Shown: in pieces, positions 27,160 to 37,499 of the stretch
How positions within the stretch are numbered: the stretch's first letter is position 1
How the letters are laid out: each line of letters starts with the position of its first letter
From: Planctomycetota bacterium
GTDB lineage: Bacteria; Planctomycetota; UBA8108; SXIK01
Reading direction: 5' to 3'
Assembly: GCA_965223845.1 (NCBI GenBank)
Contig: CBDCXR010000004.1
Span: forward strand, 2,752,001 to 2,816,000
DNA: 64,000 bases
Program-made: the position numbers and the translations under genes
Notes under the pieces: model-generated
The model's input: only the letters and a program-made list of their open reading frames with translations
Database searches by the model: none
Told to the model about the DNA's origin: nothing

Positions 27160-28527
27160 TCACTCGAAGGAGAGCTTCCCGCCGAGCGATTGGAGCACGC
27201 TGAAGTAGTCGGGGTACGACTTCGAGACGACGTGCGGCTCAGCGATGACGACGTCGCGCACGACGAGCCCCGCGAGCGACATCGCCATGGCGATGCGGTG
27301 GTCTCCCCACGTGTCGAGCTCCGCGCCGTGAAGGGAGCTCGGATTCGGCCCGAGCGTTCCTTCGACTTGGAGCCCGTCGGAGAGCTCGACGACTTCCCCG
27401 CCGAGCTTGCGGATCTCGCTCGCAACGGAAGCGATGCGATCACTCTCTTTGTGACGGAGGTGAGCGACCCCGCGCAGTCGGGTACGACCGTGAGCGAAGA
27501 GAGCGACCACCGCGAGCGTCGGAACGACGTCCGGGATCTCGCTGCAGTTGAAATCGCCGCCCTTCAGGATCCCCTGCGGCGGCCGCGGTCCCGTGACGGT
27601 CACCGCGTTGCGCTCCTTCTTCACGCGGCACCCCATCGCGGCTAGGACGTCGGCGCAGCGGGCATCGCCCTGAACGCTTTCCTTTCCGACTCCCTCCACG
27701 CGGATCGTGGCTCCGGTCACAGCAGCAGCGCCGTAAAAGTAGCTGGCGCCGGAGGCATCGCCTTCAACGAAGTACTCCGACCGGCCTTGATAGCCGCGTC
27801 CGGGTGACACCTCGAACGTCGGCTGCGCGTCGTAGCCACGGTGATCGGAGCGTACGCTCACGCCGAAATCGCGCATCAACTCCAGCGTGAGATCGAGGTA
27901 CGGGCGCGATACGAGCTCCCCGGTGACGACGATCTCCACCGGACGGGGAGCGAGCGGCGCGGCCATGAGCAGCGCGGAAATGAACTGGCTCGAGATGTCC
28001 CCCGGCACCTGCACCCTGCCACCGACGATCGCTTGCGCGCCGATCGTGACGGGAGGGCAACCGGTAGGAGCGTCGACATCGGCTCCGAGCGAACGCAGCG
28101 CGTCGACGAGATGGTGAATCGGCCGCTCCCGCATTCGCGGTTCACCGTCGATGACGAAATCGCCGCCCGATGCTGCGAGAGCCGCGGTGAGGAATCGCGC
28201 GGTGGTGCCGGCGTTCCCGATGAAGAATCGCCCCGAGCGAACCGGAAACGCCCCGGCGACGCCGTCGATCGTGACTCGATCGCCCCCTTGATCGATGCGG
28301 ACGCCGAGCTGCCGAAGAGCGTCGATCAGGTAGCGCGAATCATCGCAGTCGAGCACGTTCGAAAGAGCCGTACGGCCGCGCGCGAGCGCGGCAACGAGAA
28401 GTGCGCGATTTGTGATCGACTTCGACCCGGGGAGTCGAACCGCCCCGGCTAGGCTGTCCACAGGTTCGAGTCGAACGGCCTTCGCGCCGGAAGGAATAGT
28501 CGGCGAACCGCCGGATGACTGCGACAT
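27160..28527 (-). CDS. aroA: EPSP synthase
   Basis: PGSKSITNRAL, GNAGTTARFL, RMRERPI, ISSQFISALL, RHKESDR, DHRIAMA, VSKSYP. Confidence 0.97.
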   Translation of the reverse strand: MSQSSGGSPTIPSGAKAVRLEPVDSLAGAVRLPGSKSITNRALLVAALARGRTALSNVLDCDDSRYLIDALRQLGVRIDQGGDRVTIDGVAGAFPVRSGRFFIGNAGTTARFLTAALAASGGDFVIDGEPRMRERPIHHLVDALRSLGADVDAPTGCPPVTIGAQAIVGGRVQVPGDISSQFISALLMAAPLAPRPVEIVVTGELVSRPYLDLTLELMRDFGVSVRSDHRGYDAQPTFEVSPGRGYQGRSEYFVEGDASGASYFYGAAAVTGATIRVEGVGKESVQGDARCADVLAAMGCRVKKERNAVTVTGPRPPQGILKGGDFNCSEIPDVVPTLAVVALFAHGRTRLRGVAHLRHKESDRIASVASEIRKLGGEVVELSDGLQVEGTLGPNPSSLHGAELDTWGDHRIAMAMSLAGLVVRDVVIAEPHVVSKSYPDYFSVLQSLGGKLSFE

Positions 28528-28570
28528 GTGGGCACCATGCGAGAGAGCGCGCGAAGAAACCAAGCAGAGG

Positions 28571-28598
28571 ATTATAGGTCGGCGCCCATCGCTGTCAA
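28571..28598 (-). promoter_or_regulatory. Consensus sigma-70 promoter for aroA and probably the downstream mnmG run
   Basis: Minus strand TTGACA-16 nt-TATAAT. Confidence 0.75.
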
Positions 28599-28844
28599 CG
28601 CGAGGCGCCGAGTCTCACGGTCGCGCGCGGGCCACGAGTCGCGCGCCGGCGGGCGAAGAATCTCATCCGTCCTCCCGGGGCGTGTCTCGAACCTCGCCCG
28701 AACTTGCCGACGATACTTGGAGAAAGCGGTCTTTCTTCTCCTCGAGCGAGCTCCGCGGATTCGCGCGAGCGCTTACGGCCGCCGCGCTTCGTTATCGGAG
28801 GACTCCCGAGAGTCTGAGCGCGCGTCCGTTGTCTAGGAGCCTAC

Positions 28845-29648
28845 ATGGGTCGAACCAGAGAGCGATACGGAGACCCCGCGCGAACTGCCCCCGAGAGCGA
28901 CCGGCGGCGGACGCGCTGGATTCTCACGGCCGGACTCGTCGGGGTCGCCGTGCTTGCGGCACGCGATCTCGCCCAATTTCGTTCCGCGTACGCGGAGCGA
29001 GCCGGACGCGTCGTCTTGGTCGCGGTCGTGGCGGTCTCGGACCACGAGTTCGACTCAAACGCAGGCGCTCGTTGGCGAGAGGATCTTCGTGTTTCCGCCA
29101 CGGCGGAGCTCGTGGAACGATGGTTCGACGCCGAGTACGAAAAACATCGCGCGGGCGAGGCGTCTTCGCTGAGGATCGCCGTTCATCAGACGACGGTCGT
29201 CCTTCCGGCTGCGGCGCCCCCACCATCCCTCCGGCATCTTCGGCAAACGGCGGCGGTCGAGACCCGCGGGGACGACGTCGTCGTCTACGTGGTCTACTAC
29301 CCCGATCGGGAGCGCGAGCGGTTCTCCGGAAGATCTCACGCGTCGGCTCGGGACGGCGAGGCGGTCGTGTACATCCCGCGCGACGAAGCGACGATCGGGT
29401 TCTACGAAGCGCTCATCGCTCACGAGATCTGTCATCTGCTCGGCGCGACGGACAAGTACGGTCCGCGCGGCGCGGAGTATCCACACGGATTCGCCGCACC
29501 GCTCCGCTCGCCTCTCTATCCGCAGGAGCGCGCCGAGATCATGGCGCTCGGGATTCCGCATTCGCGGTCGTCCGAGTCGATCGTCTTCGGACTCGAAGAC
29601 TGCGTCGTTGGCCGGGAATCGGCGCGTGAAATGGGCTGGCGTCGGTGA
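28845..29648 (+). CDS. Membrane-anchored zincin-like metallopeptidase (hypothetical)
   Basis: N-terminal TM; HExxH motif in AHEICHLLGATDKY; downstream AEIMA (Met-turn-like). Confidence 0.65.
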   Translation: MGRTRERYGDPARTAPESDRRRTRWILTAGLVGVAVLAARDLAQFRSAYAERAGRVVLVAVVAVSDHEFDSNAGARWREDLRVSATAELVERWFDAEYEKHRAGEASSLRIAVHQTTVVLPAAAPPPSLRHLRQTAAVETRGDDVVVYVVYYPDRERERFSGRSHASARDGEAVVYIPRDEATIGFYEALIAHEICHLLGATDKYGPRGAEYPHGFAAPLRSPLYPQERAEIMALGIPHSRSSESIVFGLEDCVVGRESAREMGWRR

Positions 29649-29701
29649 CGAGGGCGCCCGGGCGAAACTTCACCGAAGGATGGCGCCCGACGGCGCAGCG
29701 A

Positions 29702-31057
29702 TCAGTTCGCCGGGACGAGCGGGAGATCGTGATGGACGTCCGCGTCGAGCTCGCCCGGCAGAAACTCGAGCTCACACACTCGACAGCGCAGGCGACGCGG
29801 CGGTGCGGGTCGCGAGGGCGATTTCTCTCCGTGGCTCGTCGACGTTCGAGTCGGTCTGCTCTCGACCGGTGGATCCACCGGCAGCGCGTTCTCCACGGGC
29901 TCGCTCTCCGCGCTTTCCGCCGCGTCTCGCCGCGAGCTCGCGTCGGCTTCGAGGACCGTCGCGACACCGGGCGGGAGCCAAGATTCACGGGTGGCCCACG
30001 CGGCGGCGCCCGCCGCGGCGATCATCAAGAGCGCGGCAACCCGCTTCCATCGATGCCGTGGTCGGCGAACGAGTCGCGTCGACGCGGTCGCGTCTCCATC
30101 GAGCACCGCGAGGACCTCGCCCGCACTCTCGGGCCGGCGCACGGGATCCTTCTCGAGCAGACGAAACACGACCCCCGTGACGCGCTTTGAGACGCGCAGT
30201 CCCGGCGCGACCTTGTCGAAAGTCGGCGGTTCGTCCGTCAGGTGCTGCACGAGGATCATCCGCGACGTGCGGCCGGTGAACGGCGGATTGCCGGTCAGCA
30301 TCTCGTAGAGAATGATCCCGAGTGAATAGAGATCGCTCCGAACGTCCACCCGCTCCCCGGACGCCTGCTCCGGCGACATGTACTTGGGCGACCCGATTGC
30401 ACAGCCCTGCGTAAGCTCGTTCGTCGCTTCTTCGTCGCTCAAGACCTTGGCGATCCCGAAATCGAGGATGCGCACGGTGTCCCGATCTCCCTTCGCCTCG
30501 ACGAGGATGTTTTCCGGCTTGAGATCGCGATGGACGATCCCGAGCTCATGGGCGATGCGGAGACCGGAGAGAAGCTGAGTCGCGATGCCGATCACTCTCG
30601 CCGGGGGCAGAGGACCGCTCGCTCGGATGAGGTCGCGCAGACTGCGCCCCTCGAAAAAATCCATGGTAAAGAAGAGAAGGCCGTCCTGCGTCACGCCGAA
30701 GTCGCGCGTCTGGACGATCGCCGAATGCGTGAGCCGCATGACGACTTCGACTTCCTGAAGGAAGCGTCGACGGAAGGCGTCGTTCGCCGAAACGTCGGGG
30801 CGGAGCACTTTCATCGCGAAGAGATTGTTCTGCGAAAGGAGCTTGTGCCGCACTTTGTAGACGACACCCATGCCGCCCCGGCCGAGCACCGAGAGGACTT
30901 CGTACTTCCCGTTGATCACCGATCCGAGAAGACCATCGCGCTGGACGGCGGTCGCCGAACCGGTCGATCGCCCACACTCCGCACACGAGATCGCTCCCGG
31001 CGGAAGCGGCGTCGAGCAGGCGCTGCAGTTGGTGGTGTTCGGGTCGCTCTCGCTCAC
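29702..31057 (-). CDS. Hanks-type Ser/Thr protein kinase with N-terminal zinc ribbon and C-terminal TM
   Basis: CSAC...CAEC, LGRGGMGVVY, AMK, HRDLKPEN, DFG, GSPKYMSPEQ, SDLYSLG. Confidence 0.93.
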   Translation of the reverse strand: MSESDPNTTNCSACSTPLPPGAISCAECGRSTGSATAVQRDGLLGSVINGKYEVLSVLGRGGMGVVYKVRHKLLSQNNLFAMKVLRPDVSANDAFRRRFLQEVEVVMRLTHSAIVQTRDFGVTQDGLLFFTMDFFEGRSLRDLIRASGPLPPARVIGIATQLLSGLRIAHELGIVHRDLKPENILVEAKGDRDTVRILDFGIAKVLSDEEATNELTQGCAIGSPKYMSPEQASGERVDVRSDLYSLGIILYEMLTGNPPFTGRTSRMILVQHLTDEPPTFDKVAPGLRVSKRVTGVVFRLLEKDPVRRPESAGEVLAVLDGDATASTRLVRRPRHRWKRVAALLMIAAAGAAAWATRESWLPPGVATVLEADASSRRDAAESAESEPVENALPVDPPVESRPTRTSTSHGEKSPSRPAPPRRLRCRVCELEFLPGELDADVHHDLPLVPAN

Positions 31058-31066
31058 TCTCGCGCC

Positions 31067-33265
31067 TTACTCTGCGGACACTTTGTCGCGCTGTTCCTGC
31101 GCGTAGAACTGCCGGCCGTCGCGAGCGAGGCGATCGAGCGCTTCTGACGGAGCGAGACGATCGATTCCGAACGACCGCAGAGCCTCGGCGACCGTTTTCA
31201 CGCCGATGGCATCCGCGTAGCGAAGCGGCCCGCCGCGGAACGGCGCGAATCCCGTCCCCATCACCATCGCGAAGTCGAGGAGCGGTGCGGACGCGACGAC
31301 GCCCTCCTCGAGTGCGCGGGCGGCTTCGTTGATCACGGAGTACACGAGCCGCCGAACCCAGAGATCCGGATCGTCGGCATTCGGCCCCCGGCCGGCGGCG
31401 CCACCAAAGCGAAGCGCCGCAGGATTCGGATCGGAGCGCGTCGATCCCTTGTACCGGTAGAAGCCGCTCTGGTTCTTCTTCCCGAGGAGGCCGCCTTCGT
31501 CGAGGAGCTGCGTCATCACCGGCGCCGGAGTCATCCGGTCGCCGAAGGCTTCGTGCAGCGTGTGCGCGACCTTCGCAGCGACGTCGAGTCCGACTTCATC
31601 GATGAGCTCGAACGGCCCCATCGGCATGCCGAAGCGACGGAGTGCACGGTCGATCGACTCGATCGAATATCCTTCGCTGAAGAGGTGCGCGGCCTCGTTC
31701 AAGTAGCTTCCGAGTATGCGGTTGACGAGGAATCCCGGCCGGTCTGCTACGCGCACGGGAAACTTCCCGAGCTCGCGAGCAAACGCTTCGGCTCGTTCCG
31801 TCGCGTCTTCCGACGTTTGCTCGCCGGGAATCACCTCGATGAGCGGCATGCGGTGCACGGGATTGAAAAAGTGAAGCCCGACGAGCCGTTCGGGACGCGC
31901 GAGCTTGCTCTGCATTTCGGTGATCGAAAGGGCGGACGTGTTCGAGCAGAGGAGTGCGTCCTCGGCGACGTGCTCTTCGAGCTCGCCGAAGACGGCTTGC
32001 TTCACGCTCATTTTCTCGACCACGGCCTCGACGACGATCGAGCTCGAGCCGAAGCCGTCGCTCTTCAGCGTCGTCGTGATCGAGGCGAGCAGATTGTCGC
32101 GCTCGCTCGCGGTGAGGCGGCGCCGACGGACGAGTGCGGCGTAGGCGTCGTTGATCTTCTTGAGACCGAGCTGAATCGCCTCAGGCTGCAAATCTTTGAG
32201 CCGGACTCGATAGCCCTTCCTCGCCGTCAGAGCTGCGATGCCTCCCCCCATCACGCCGGCGCCGAGGATCCCGACGCGACGTTCGCCGTTAGCCGCGGCG
32301 ACTCCCGATCCACCGCGTCGCACGTCCTCGCTCGTGAGAAAGATCTGAACGAGATTCTTGCTGATCTCTGACGCGATGAGCGGCCCAACGGCCTTCGCCT
32401 CCAAAGCGAGTCCGGCCGCCATCGTGAGCGGATAGCCGCCGATCACTGCGTCGAGCGCCGCCGTCGGTGCCGGGTAGTGACCGCCGCTCTTCTGCTCGAT
32501 CCCCTTGGCGGCGACGCGCCGGACAATGGCACGCCCAATCGGATTTCCTTCGAGGAGACGCGTCCCAAACGAGCGTGTCGGACGCCGAGGCCGAAACTTG
32601 CGCTTTCCACCGCGCTCGATCGCGTGTCGGAGAAACGCGCGAGCCTCGGCGATGAGGAGAGTCGGATACACCGCACGATCGATGAGGCCGAGGCGACCGG
32701 CCTTCCGCGTGTCGACCGGCTTTCCCGAGAGAATGAGCGGCAGCGCCGCCTGGATCCCGATGAGCCGCGGGAGGCGCTGCGTTCCCCCGAACCCGGGGAT
32801 GATTCCGAGGTTCACTTCGGGGAGACCGATCTTTGTCTTTTCGGAAAGCGATGCGATGCGGAGATCGCACGCCAGCGCGAGCTCCGTGCCGCCGCCGAGA
32901 CAGTTTCCGTGGATCGCGGCGAGCGTGATCGCCGGAATCGACGAGAAGAGATCGAGGATTTGCTGCCCGCGACCGGCCTTCGCCTCAGCCTCGGCCGGAT
33001 CCTCGATCGCGCGAATCTCCGCGATGTCCGCGCCCGCGATGAACGTGTCGGAATCCTCTTTTCCGTTCGCCACGATCAGCCCCTTGATCGAGGGGTCGCC
33101 GCCGATCGCCTTGAGGAGAGCCTCGAGATCCTCGAGCACGCTCGCGGTCAACTTGTTGACCTTTTCGCCGGGAAGATCGAACTCGAGGCGAGCGATGCCG
33201 TCGCCTTCGTCCGCCAGCGTCCACGCGCCGGTCTTCGTCTCTGCTGGGATGTCGATCACCGTCAT
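31067..33265 (-). CDS. fadJ: Fatty acid oxidation complex alpha subunit (enoyl-CoA hydratase/3-hydroxyacyl-CoA dehydrogenase)
   Basis: FIAGADI, CLGGGTELALAC, GLPEVNLGIIPGFGGTQRLPRL, GAGVMGGGIA, SNTS, LHFFNPV, GFAPFRGGPL. Confidence 0.9.
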   Translation of the reverse strand: MTVIDIPAETKTGAWTLADEGDGIARLEFDLPGEKVNKLTASVLEDLEALLKAIGGDPSIKGLIVANGKEDSDTFIAGADIAEIRAIEDPAEAEAKAGRGQQILDLFSSIPAITLAAIHGNCLGGGTELALACDLRIASLSEKTKIGLPEVNLGIIPGFGGTQRLPRLIGIQAALPLILSGKPVDTRKAGRLGLIDRAVYPTLLIAEARAFLRHAIERGGKRKFRPRRPTRSFGTRLLEGNPIGRAIVRRVAAKGIEQKSGGHYPAPTAALDAVIGGYPLTMAAGLALEAKAVGPLIASEISKNLVQIFLTSEDVRRGGSGVAAANGERRVGILGAGVMGGGIAALTARKGYRVRLKDLQPEAIQLGLKKINDAYAALVRRRRLTASERDNLLASITTTLKSDGFGSSSIVVEAVVEKMSVKQAVFGELEEHVAEDALLCSNTSALSITEMQSKLARPERLVGLHFFNPVHRMPLIEVIPGEQTSEDATERAEAFARELGKFPVRVADRPGFLVNRILGSYLNEAAHLFSEGYSIESIDRALRRFGMPMGPFELIDEVGLDVAAKVAHTLHEAFGDRMTPAPVMTQLLDEGGLLGKKNQSGFYRYKGSTRSDPNPAALRFGGAAGRGPNADDPDLWVRRLVYSVINEAARALEEGVVASAPLLDFAMVMGTGFAPFRGGPLRYADAIGVKTVAEALRSFGIDRLAPSEALDRLARDGRQFYAQEQRDKVSAE

Positions 33266-33321
33266 GTGTTCCTCTTCCGCTTCGTGAGCGACTCGTTCGA
33301 GTGCCGTCGTCCGCCGAGAAT

Positions 33322-34665
33322 TCAGTTCCGCTCCACGACGATTGCCGCGCCTTGTCCCCCTCCCACGCAAAGCGTGGCGAGTCCGCGCTCGAGATCGTTC
33401 GCCGCGAGCTCGCGGAGGAGCGTCAATACGAGTCGCGCGCCCGTCGCTCCGACCGGGTGCCCGAGTGCGATCGCGCCGCCGTTTACGTTCAGGCGCTCGC
33501 GGTCGAGCATCCCGATCGGGGCGTCACGTCCGAGTTCCCGGCGCGCGAACTCGCCGGACTCGAACGCGCGCTGATTCGCGATCACCTGAGCAGCGAAGGC
33601 CTCGTTCAGCTCGACTCGCTCGATCGCGTCGAACTCGATTCCAGCGCGGTCGAGAGCGACCGGCGTCGCGAACGCCGGCCCGAGACCCATCCGGTTCGGC
33701 GGGCAACCCGCAAACGCGTAGGAGCGGATGTATCCGAGTGGCTCGACGCCGAGCTCGTCGGCCTTCGCCTCGCTCGCGACGAGGAGAGCGCAGCCGCCAT
33801 CCGTAACCCCACACGCGTTTCCAGGCGTTACCGTACCGTAGCGCCGGTCGAAGTAGGGTCTCAGCTTCTGCAGAGCCTCGACCGATTGGTTCTCTCGCGG
33901 GCCGATGTCGCGCGAGAGGGCGCTGAAATCTCTCGGGGGGTAGATGCTCACGATTTCGTCGTCGAAGAATCCCGAATTCGCCGCGGCAACCGCGCGCCGG
34001 TGACTTTCGAGCGCGAAGGCGTCTTGCTCGTCGCGCGAGACGCCGAACTCACTCGCGAGATTCTCAGCGGTCTCTCCCATATTGAGCCCGCAGTAGCCGT
34101 CGGTGAGACCGACCTCGAGCCCGATCTGCGGCGACAGATCCGAGAAGCGGAAGCTCGTGAGCGCGCCGATTCGCGCGCCCAGCGTTCGCGCCCGCGCGAG
34201 CTTCATGAATTTCCGCTGCGCTTTCTTGCGAAAGAGAAACGGTGCTCCCGACATCGACTCGGTCCCCCCGGCGAGAACGAGCGACGCCCGGCCGAGGCGA
34301 ATTCGATCGCAGGCTTCGGTGAGGGCCTCCATCCCCGAGGCGCAGTTCCGGTGCACCGTGTGCGCGGGCACGGAAATCGGGAGGCCGAGCCGAAGCGCGA
34401 TGACCCGCGCGATGTTCATCGCGTCGGCAGGCTGCGCGACGCAGCCGACGACCACTTCTTCTACGGCGTCCGTCGGCACTCCGAGACGGAGCACCAGTTC
34501 TTCCGCGGGCAGCCGAAAGAGCTCCGCGGCGTGGACATCCTCCAGGCCCGAATGCATCTTCACCCACGGTGTTCGAAGGCCGCCCAATATGGCGATGCGT
34601 TCGCTGCGTTCCGATTCGTTCGAGTGGTCCATAGCCTTCGCTTCCGCGTGGTTCTCGGTACTCAC
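33322..34665 (-). CDS. fadI: 3-ketoacyl-CoA thiolase
   Basis: [49 protein letters not shown]. Start is 34665 or 34632. Confidence 0.9.
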   Translation of the reverse strand: MSTENHAEAKAMDHSNESERSERIAILGGLRTPWVKMHSGLEDVHAAELFRLPAEELVLRLGVPTDAVEEVVVGCVAQPADAMNIARVIALRLGLPISVPAHTVHRNCASGMEALTEACDRIRLGRASLVLAGGTESMSGAPFLFRKKAQRKFMKLARARTLGARIGALTSFRFSDLSPQIGLEVGLTDGYCGLNMGETAENLASEFGVSRDEQDAFALESHRRAVAAANSGFFDDEIVSIYPPRDFSALSRDIGPRENQSVEALQKLRPYFDRRYGTVTPGNACGVTDGGCALLVASEAKADELGVEPLGYIRSYAFAGCPPNRMGLGPAFATPVALDRAGIEFDAIERVELNEAFAAQVIANQRAFESGEFARRELGRDAPIGMLDRERLNVNGGAIALGHPVGATGARLVLTLLRELAANDLERGLATLCVGGGQGAAIVVERN

Positions 34666-34988
34666 GGCGCGCCGAGGCGAGTTTCGGTCTCCCCCGCGAG
34701 TGCGTTCGGTCGTTCGAGCATCATCATCCTACCGTCCCATCGCGCGAGACGAGCGCCCCGAGGGACGTCGTCCCGCCGTCCGGTGCGGACCGCTCCTTCC
34801 GAGTACGTCCGCCGCGACAGTCTCGATTCTGACATCGGACGGCCCCGCGTCCGATCCGCACTCGATTCCGATCGGATCGCCCGGCGGCCGAGAATCCAGC
34901 CGTGGCGCCCAGCCGCCCCGTATTCCTCCCCGCGGTCGCCGAGTAGAATCCGGCCACTCGTTTTCCCGTCCGGTTCGGAGTCCGTTTC

Positions 34989-35495
34989 ATGAATGAAATC
35001 GAGCGCTGTCTCAGCGCGAACGCCCGGTTCGCGGAGTCGTACGCCTACGCCGGGCTCGACGCGAAGCCGTCCCGACGCCTCGCCGTCGTGACCTGCATGG
35101 ATGCCCGCATGCTGAGGCTCGACGAGGCCCTCGGCCTCGAGACCGGCGACGCACATCTCCTGCGGAATGCCGGCGGGCTCGTCACCGATGACGCGCTAAG
35201 ATCGCTCGTCCTCTCGACACAGGTTCTCGGAACGCGCGAGATCATCGTGATCCAGCACACGAAGTGCGGACTCATCGGCCTTCGCGACGACGAGCTGCGA
35301 GCGCGGCTCGAAAGTGAATCCGGGTCGTCTCCAGACGAGCCGGCTCGGTTCCTCGGCTTCGACGATCTGGAAACGAGCGTGCGGGCTCAGCTCGAGCGAG
35401 TTCGCACCCACCCGTGGCTGCCCGGTGACACCGTGGCCCGCGGCTTCATCTACGACGTCGACACGGGTCGACTCGAAGAGGTGAACGCCGGCTGA
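34989..35495 (+). CDS. Beta-class carbonic anhydrase
   Basis: TCMDAR, RNAGG, HTKCG, YDVDTG. Confidence 0.92.
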   Translation: MNEIERCLSANARFAESYAYAGLDAKPSRRLAVVTCMDARMLRLDEALGLETGDAHLLRNAGGLVTDDALRSLVLSTQVLGTREIIVIQHTKCGLIGLRDDELRARLESESGSSPDEPARFLGFDDLETSVRAQLERVRTHPWLPGDTVARGFIYDVDTGRLEEVNAG

Positions 35496-35547
35496 AGAAC
35501 GCCCCGGCGTCCGGCGGTTCGCGCTTCTCCGCTGCGGCGACTGCCGC

Positions 35548-36936
35548 TCACTCGATCCGCACGTAGCGGCCGTAGTGATCCCGCGACAGCTTGCGAAGAA
35601 AGTCCTCCTCCGCGCCGTGGAATCCGAGCGTGAAGATGCGGATCCCGCGGAGGAAGTTCATCTCACGCATGCTGCGGTGAATCTCTCCCATGAGCTGCGG
35701 TGCGTCGGTCGGGAGATCCCGCCCGGACGACCCGACGTGGGTGGGAGCGCCATCCGTTATCAAGTAGACCGTATCGACGGAGAGATCGGCGAACGCGACC
35801 TCGAGCGCCAGGTCGGTGACCGTCACCCCTTCGGGCTTGAGCCCGTCGACGAATCGGATCGCATCCTTTTTCGCCTTCGACCGCGCGGGCGTGAGCGACT
35901 CTTTCCACGAATCCACGCCAGAGCTGTAAGCGACGATGTTGAAGCTGACGTCCTCGGGGAGCGCCCGGATCACGCGCGCGAGCTCCTTCTTCGCTCGCAC
36001 GATGCGCTGCCGATCGGGCGGCGGGCCGGTCGGCTCGCGCTTCCCAGACCTCTTGCCGCCGCGAACGACGGTGCGCGAACCCGGGCGGCGGGGCGCCACG
36101 CCGTCGGGGAGGGTGTCGGTGGTGAGCATGCTTCCCGAGGTGTCGAGGATGAACACGATGTTCTTTCCGGTGACGCTCGCCCCAAAAAGCGTGAGGGCGG
36201 TCTTTCCGCCCTTGTTCGGATCGCGCGGCTCGAAAAGCTCTTGGTCGCTCTCCCGCGCGCTCACGTAGTTCTTGTAGTCCTGGGGGTGAGTGAGCTCGAC
36301 GCGAATGAGGCGTACGAGAGCCGCCTGAAACGAAAACGCGAGACGATCCGCGTCGTCTGCGCGAGTTCCTTTCCCCGACTCGAGCTCGAGGTAACGGTCG
36401 ATGATCGCCTCGACGACGGAGCGTTTCTTCGCCCTCGAGAGATAATCGAGGGAGCGACGAACGACGACCGGCTCGTCGTCGCGAAGAGCTTTGAGCGCGG
36501 TCTCGAGGATATCGAGCTCGCGATGGAACGACGCCGCGTCGAGGAGGAGAAGGCGACTGCGCCAGGATCGGTGCTTCGCGGCGAGCGTTTCCATTTCGAG
36601 CACGGCACGCGGCGCGTCGACGGCGGCAAGGGTCTTTGCGGCGCGGCCGTGGAACGCGTAGAACTGCCGCGGCGAGAGGTCCTCCCCGGCCCGCCGGAGG
36701 AATCGATCGTACGCGTCCAGCACCGCGCGGACCGCAGTGCGATCGTTCCGCCTGAGCGCAGACTTCACCGCGACGAGGAACGCGGGCCGGTCACTCTCGC
36801 GGACGGCGGTCTCGACGTCGCGAAGAGCACTCTTGTACGCCTTCGCGGAAATCCCATCCGCGCTCGCCGGCGCGGGGAGAGAGAGCGCTAGAGCCAGCGC
36901 GAAACCGATTCCGAGTGGTCGACAGCGGCGGGACAT
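35548..36936 (-). CDS. Secreted HEAT-repeat + VWA domain protein
   Basis: Signal peptide (PASA), HEAT-like helices, MIDAS motif FILDTSGSM, TVYLITDGAPT. Confidence 0.75.
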   Translation of the reverse strand: MSRRCRPLGIGFALALALSLPAPASADGISAKAYKSALRDVETAVRESDRPAFLVAVKSALRRNDRTAVRAVLDAYDRFLRRAGEDLSPRQFYAFHGRAAKTLAAVDAPRAVLEMETLAAKHRSWRSRLLLLDAASFHRELDILETALKALRDDEPVVVRRSLDYLSRAKKRSVVEAIIDRYLELESGKGTRADDADRLAFSFQAALVRLIRVELTHPQDYKNYVSARESDQELFEPRDPNKGGKTALTLFGASVTGKNIVFILDTSGSMLTTDTLPDGVAPRRPGSRTVVRGGKRSGKREPTGPPPDRQRIVRAKKELARVIRALPEDVSFNIVAYSSGVDSWKESLTPARSKAKKDAIRFVDGLKPEGVTVTDLALEVAFADLSVDTVYLITDGAPTHVGSSGRDLPTDAPQLMGEIHRSMREMNFLRGIRIFTLGFHGAEEDFLRKLSRDHYGRYVRIE

Positions 36937-37013
36937 ATCCGGATTGTCCCATGCCGTCATGACGGCGACAACCACCGCGAGAGACTCGAGGCCGCCAGCG
37001 AATCTCGCGATCT

Positions 37014-37499
37014 TTACCAGCGAGAGGCGCTCGTCCCCTTGATCCGGGCCGGCGTCCGCTCGTCGACGGGAGTTTCACTCGCGAGCTCTCGCGCCCGAGC
37101 GAGGTAGGGCTCCTCACGCTCGAGCACGGCCTCGACGAGCTGATGCGCCCGTGGCCAAGCTTCGAGAGCCGGGAGACGGCGCCGCTTCTCCTCGATCTCG
37201 CTCGCCATGAACCGAATGACGGGACCGAGGAGATACGCCGCGTTCAGGTAGTTGTACTCGGAGAATCGGAGCGGAAACCCGAACGAGGAGGGAACGTGTC
37301 CTTCCTCTTCGAGGACATCGAGGAATGCCGCGCGATTGAGATCGGTCGCGCGGTACCAGTCGATGAAGAAGGAGCGGACCTTGCGGTCGAAGTCGTCACG
37401 GACTTGCACCTCGGCGTTGCCGATCAGGTACCGGATGAAGGAAGTGCTTTCGAGGCCGTAGACCTCTTCGAGAGCGGCGGTGAGTGCGGGGTCGGTCAT
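37014..37499 (-). CDS. Hypothetical helical (ferritin-like?) protein coupled to nuoN
   Basis: ATG overlaps the nuoN stop (TGATG); four-helix amphipathic pattern with a central FPLRFSEYNYL segment. Confidence 0.65.
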   Translation of the reverse strand: MTDPALTAALEEVYGLESTSFIRYLIGNAEVQVRDDFDRKVRSFFIDWYRATDLNRAAFLDVLEEEGHVPSSFGFPLRFSEYNYLNAAYLLGPVIRFMASEIEEKRRRLPALEAWPRAHQLVEAVLEREEPYLARARELASETPVDERTPARIKGTSASRW

